This document shows positions 63,482 through 64,000 of a stretch of 64,000 nt of DNA, piece by piece. The translations under genes were made by a program, and so were the position numbers. The notes below the pieces were generated by a model. The model saw nothing but the letters and a program-made list of their open reading frames with translations. It was not told the DNA's origin and searched no databases. Within the stretch, counting starts at the first letter, position 1. Each line of letters starts with the position of its first letter. This DNA comes from an uncultured Gammaproteobacteria bacterium (GTDB taxonomy: Bacteria > Pseudomonadota > Gammaproteobacteria > Steroidobacterales > Rariloculaceae). The stretch covers positions 11,255 to 75,254 of the forward strand of contig CAYXNS010000001.1 in assembly GCA_964466315.1 (NCBI GenBank), given 5' to 3'.

Positions 63482-64000
63482 TGCGCGTCGGACTCTGGGG
63501 AATGGCGGCCGTTTTTCTGGGCGCATTCGCCGCTCACTTCCTTCTCCGCGACCGCGGCTATGTGCTGATCAACTTCGCGGGTTACGCGGTCGAGATGTCG
63601 GTCCCCGCTCTCGTCGTCCTGTTGGTCGCTGCTTACGCTGGTATTCGCGCCTTGTTCGCGCTGTGGCGAGCGCCGCGACGGCTCGGCAAGGCGCTGGCCG
63701 CAGAGGGAGACTGGACCAAAGGCGAGCGCTTGTTGACGCAAGGCTTAAAGGGTACTGATGCGCCGCTGATCAACTATCTGATGGCCGCGCGCGCCGCGCA
63801 GCTCCAGGGATCCAAAGAACGGCGGGACGATTGGCTCAAGTTGGCCTACGAGGAATTACCGAATGCCGAGACGGCGGTCCTCCTGACTCAAGCCGAGTTG
63901 CAGCTCGAGCACACTGAGTATGAACGCGCGCTTGCAACCCTGAATCGCATTCAGGAGTCGCATCCCGATCATCCGGTTGCACTCGGGCTGCTCGCGAAGA
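63481..64000 (+). CDS. hemY: HemY-like protein, 5' part only (runs off the window)
   Basis: My own translation: MRVGLWGMAAVFLGAFAAHFLLRDRGYVLINFAGYAVEMSVPALVV...PLINYLMAARAAQLQG...AVLLTQAELQLE, the HemY_N pattern. The ATG overlaps the hemX TGA. Confidence 0.75.
   Translation, partial: MRVGLWGMAAVFLGAFAAHFLLRDRGYVLINFAGYAVEMSVPALVVLLVAAYAGIRALFALWRAPRRLGKALAAEGDWTKGERLLTQGLKGTDAPLINYLMAARAAQLQGSKERRDDWLKLAYEELPNAETAVLLTQAELQLEHTEYERALATLNRIQESHPDHPVALGLLAK

Overview
GC-rich (about 60% by eye) origin-proximal chromosome segment with gammaproteobacterial gene order. About 60 confident genes. Reverse strand, left to right: glmU 5' end, the full atpIBEFHAGDC operon, parB, parA, rsmG, a yejABEF-like peptide ABC transporter operon wedged between rsmG and mnmG, then mnmG. 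A roughly 6-kb accessory segment follows: a degenerate GGDEF protein, a 703-aa secreted heme-c/beta-propeller protein, a PQQ sugar dehydrogenase, a small ORF, a Mesh1-like HD hydrolase and a gene remnant. Next come mnmE, a shortened OsmC-like ORF, yidC, rnpA and rpmH, then dnaA, dnaN, recF and gyrB on the forward strand, with DnaA-box-like repeats and an AT-rich tract between dnaA and dnaN. Then plsC, gmhB and a single-chain (alpha2-type) glycyl-tRNA synthetase. Further right: glnA with a sigma-54/NtrC-type control region, DUF4124, ntrB, ntrC; lpxA coupled to a Gfo/Idh/MocA oxidoreductase; a DRG-like TGS GTPase; class-1 pyrD; trmL; gpsA, secB and a yibN-like rhodanese; envC and ctpA. After these lie two decayed genes (a GGDEF sensor and an amidohydrolase), a Kazal-like lipoprotein, mltB, an RRM protein and two damaged small genes. 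The window ends with tRNA-Arg(CCG) abutted by an 8-bp tandem repeat, a second PQQ dehydrogenase, an MBL hydrolase, cytochrome c5, a decayed comM, ubiK, a 165-bp nested palindromic element, DUF4124, algZ, algR, hemX and the hemY 5' end. I saw no rRNA, CRISPR array, intact transposase/integrase or recognisable defence system. The most notable signals are listed below.
- Several genes show large internal deletions or frameshifts.
- Conserved synteny is broken by in-place replacements or insertions (glycyl-tRNA synthetase type, the yej-like operon).
- There are unusual accessory proteins (heme-c propeller, Mesh1-like hydrolase with an extension, DRG-like GTPase with DLPP, Kazal-like lipoprotein).
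- There is a MITE-like nested palindrome.
All family assignments come from motif recognition by eye and memory; no searches were run.
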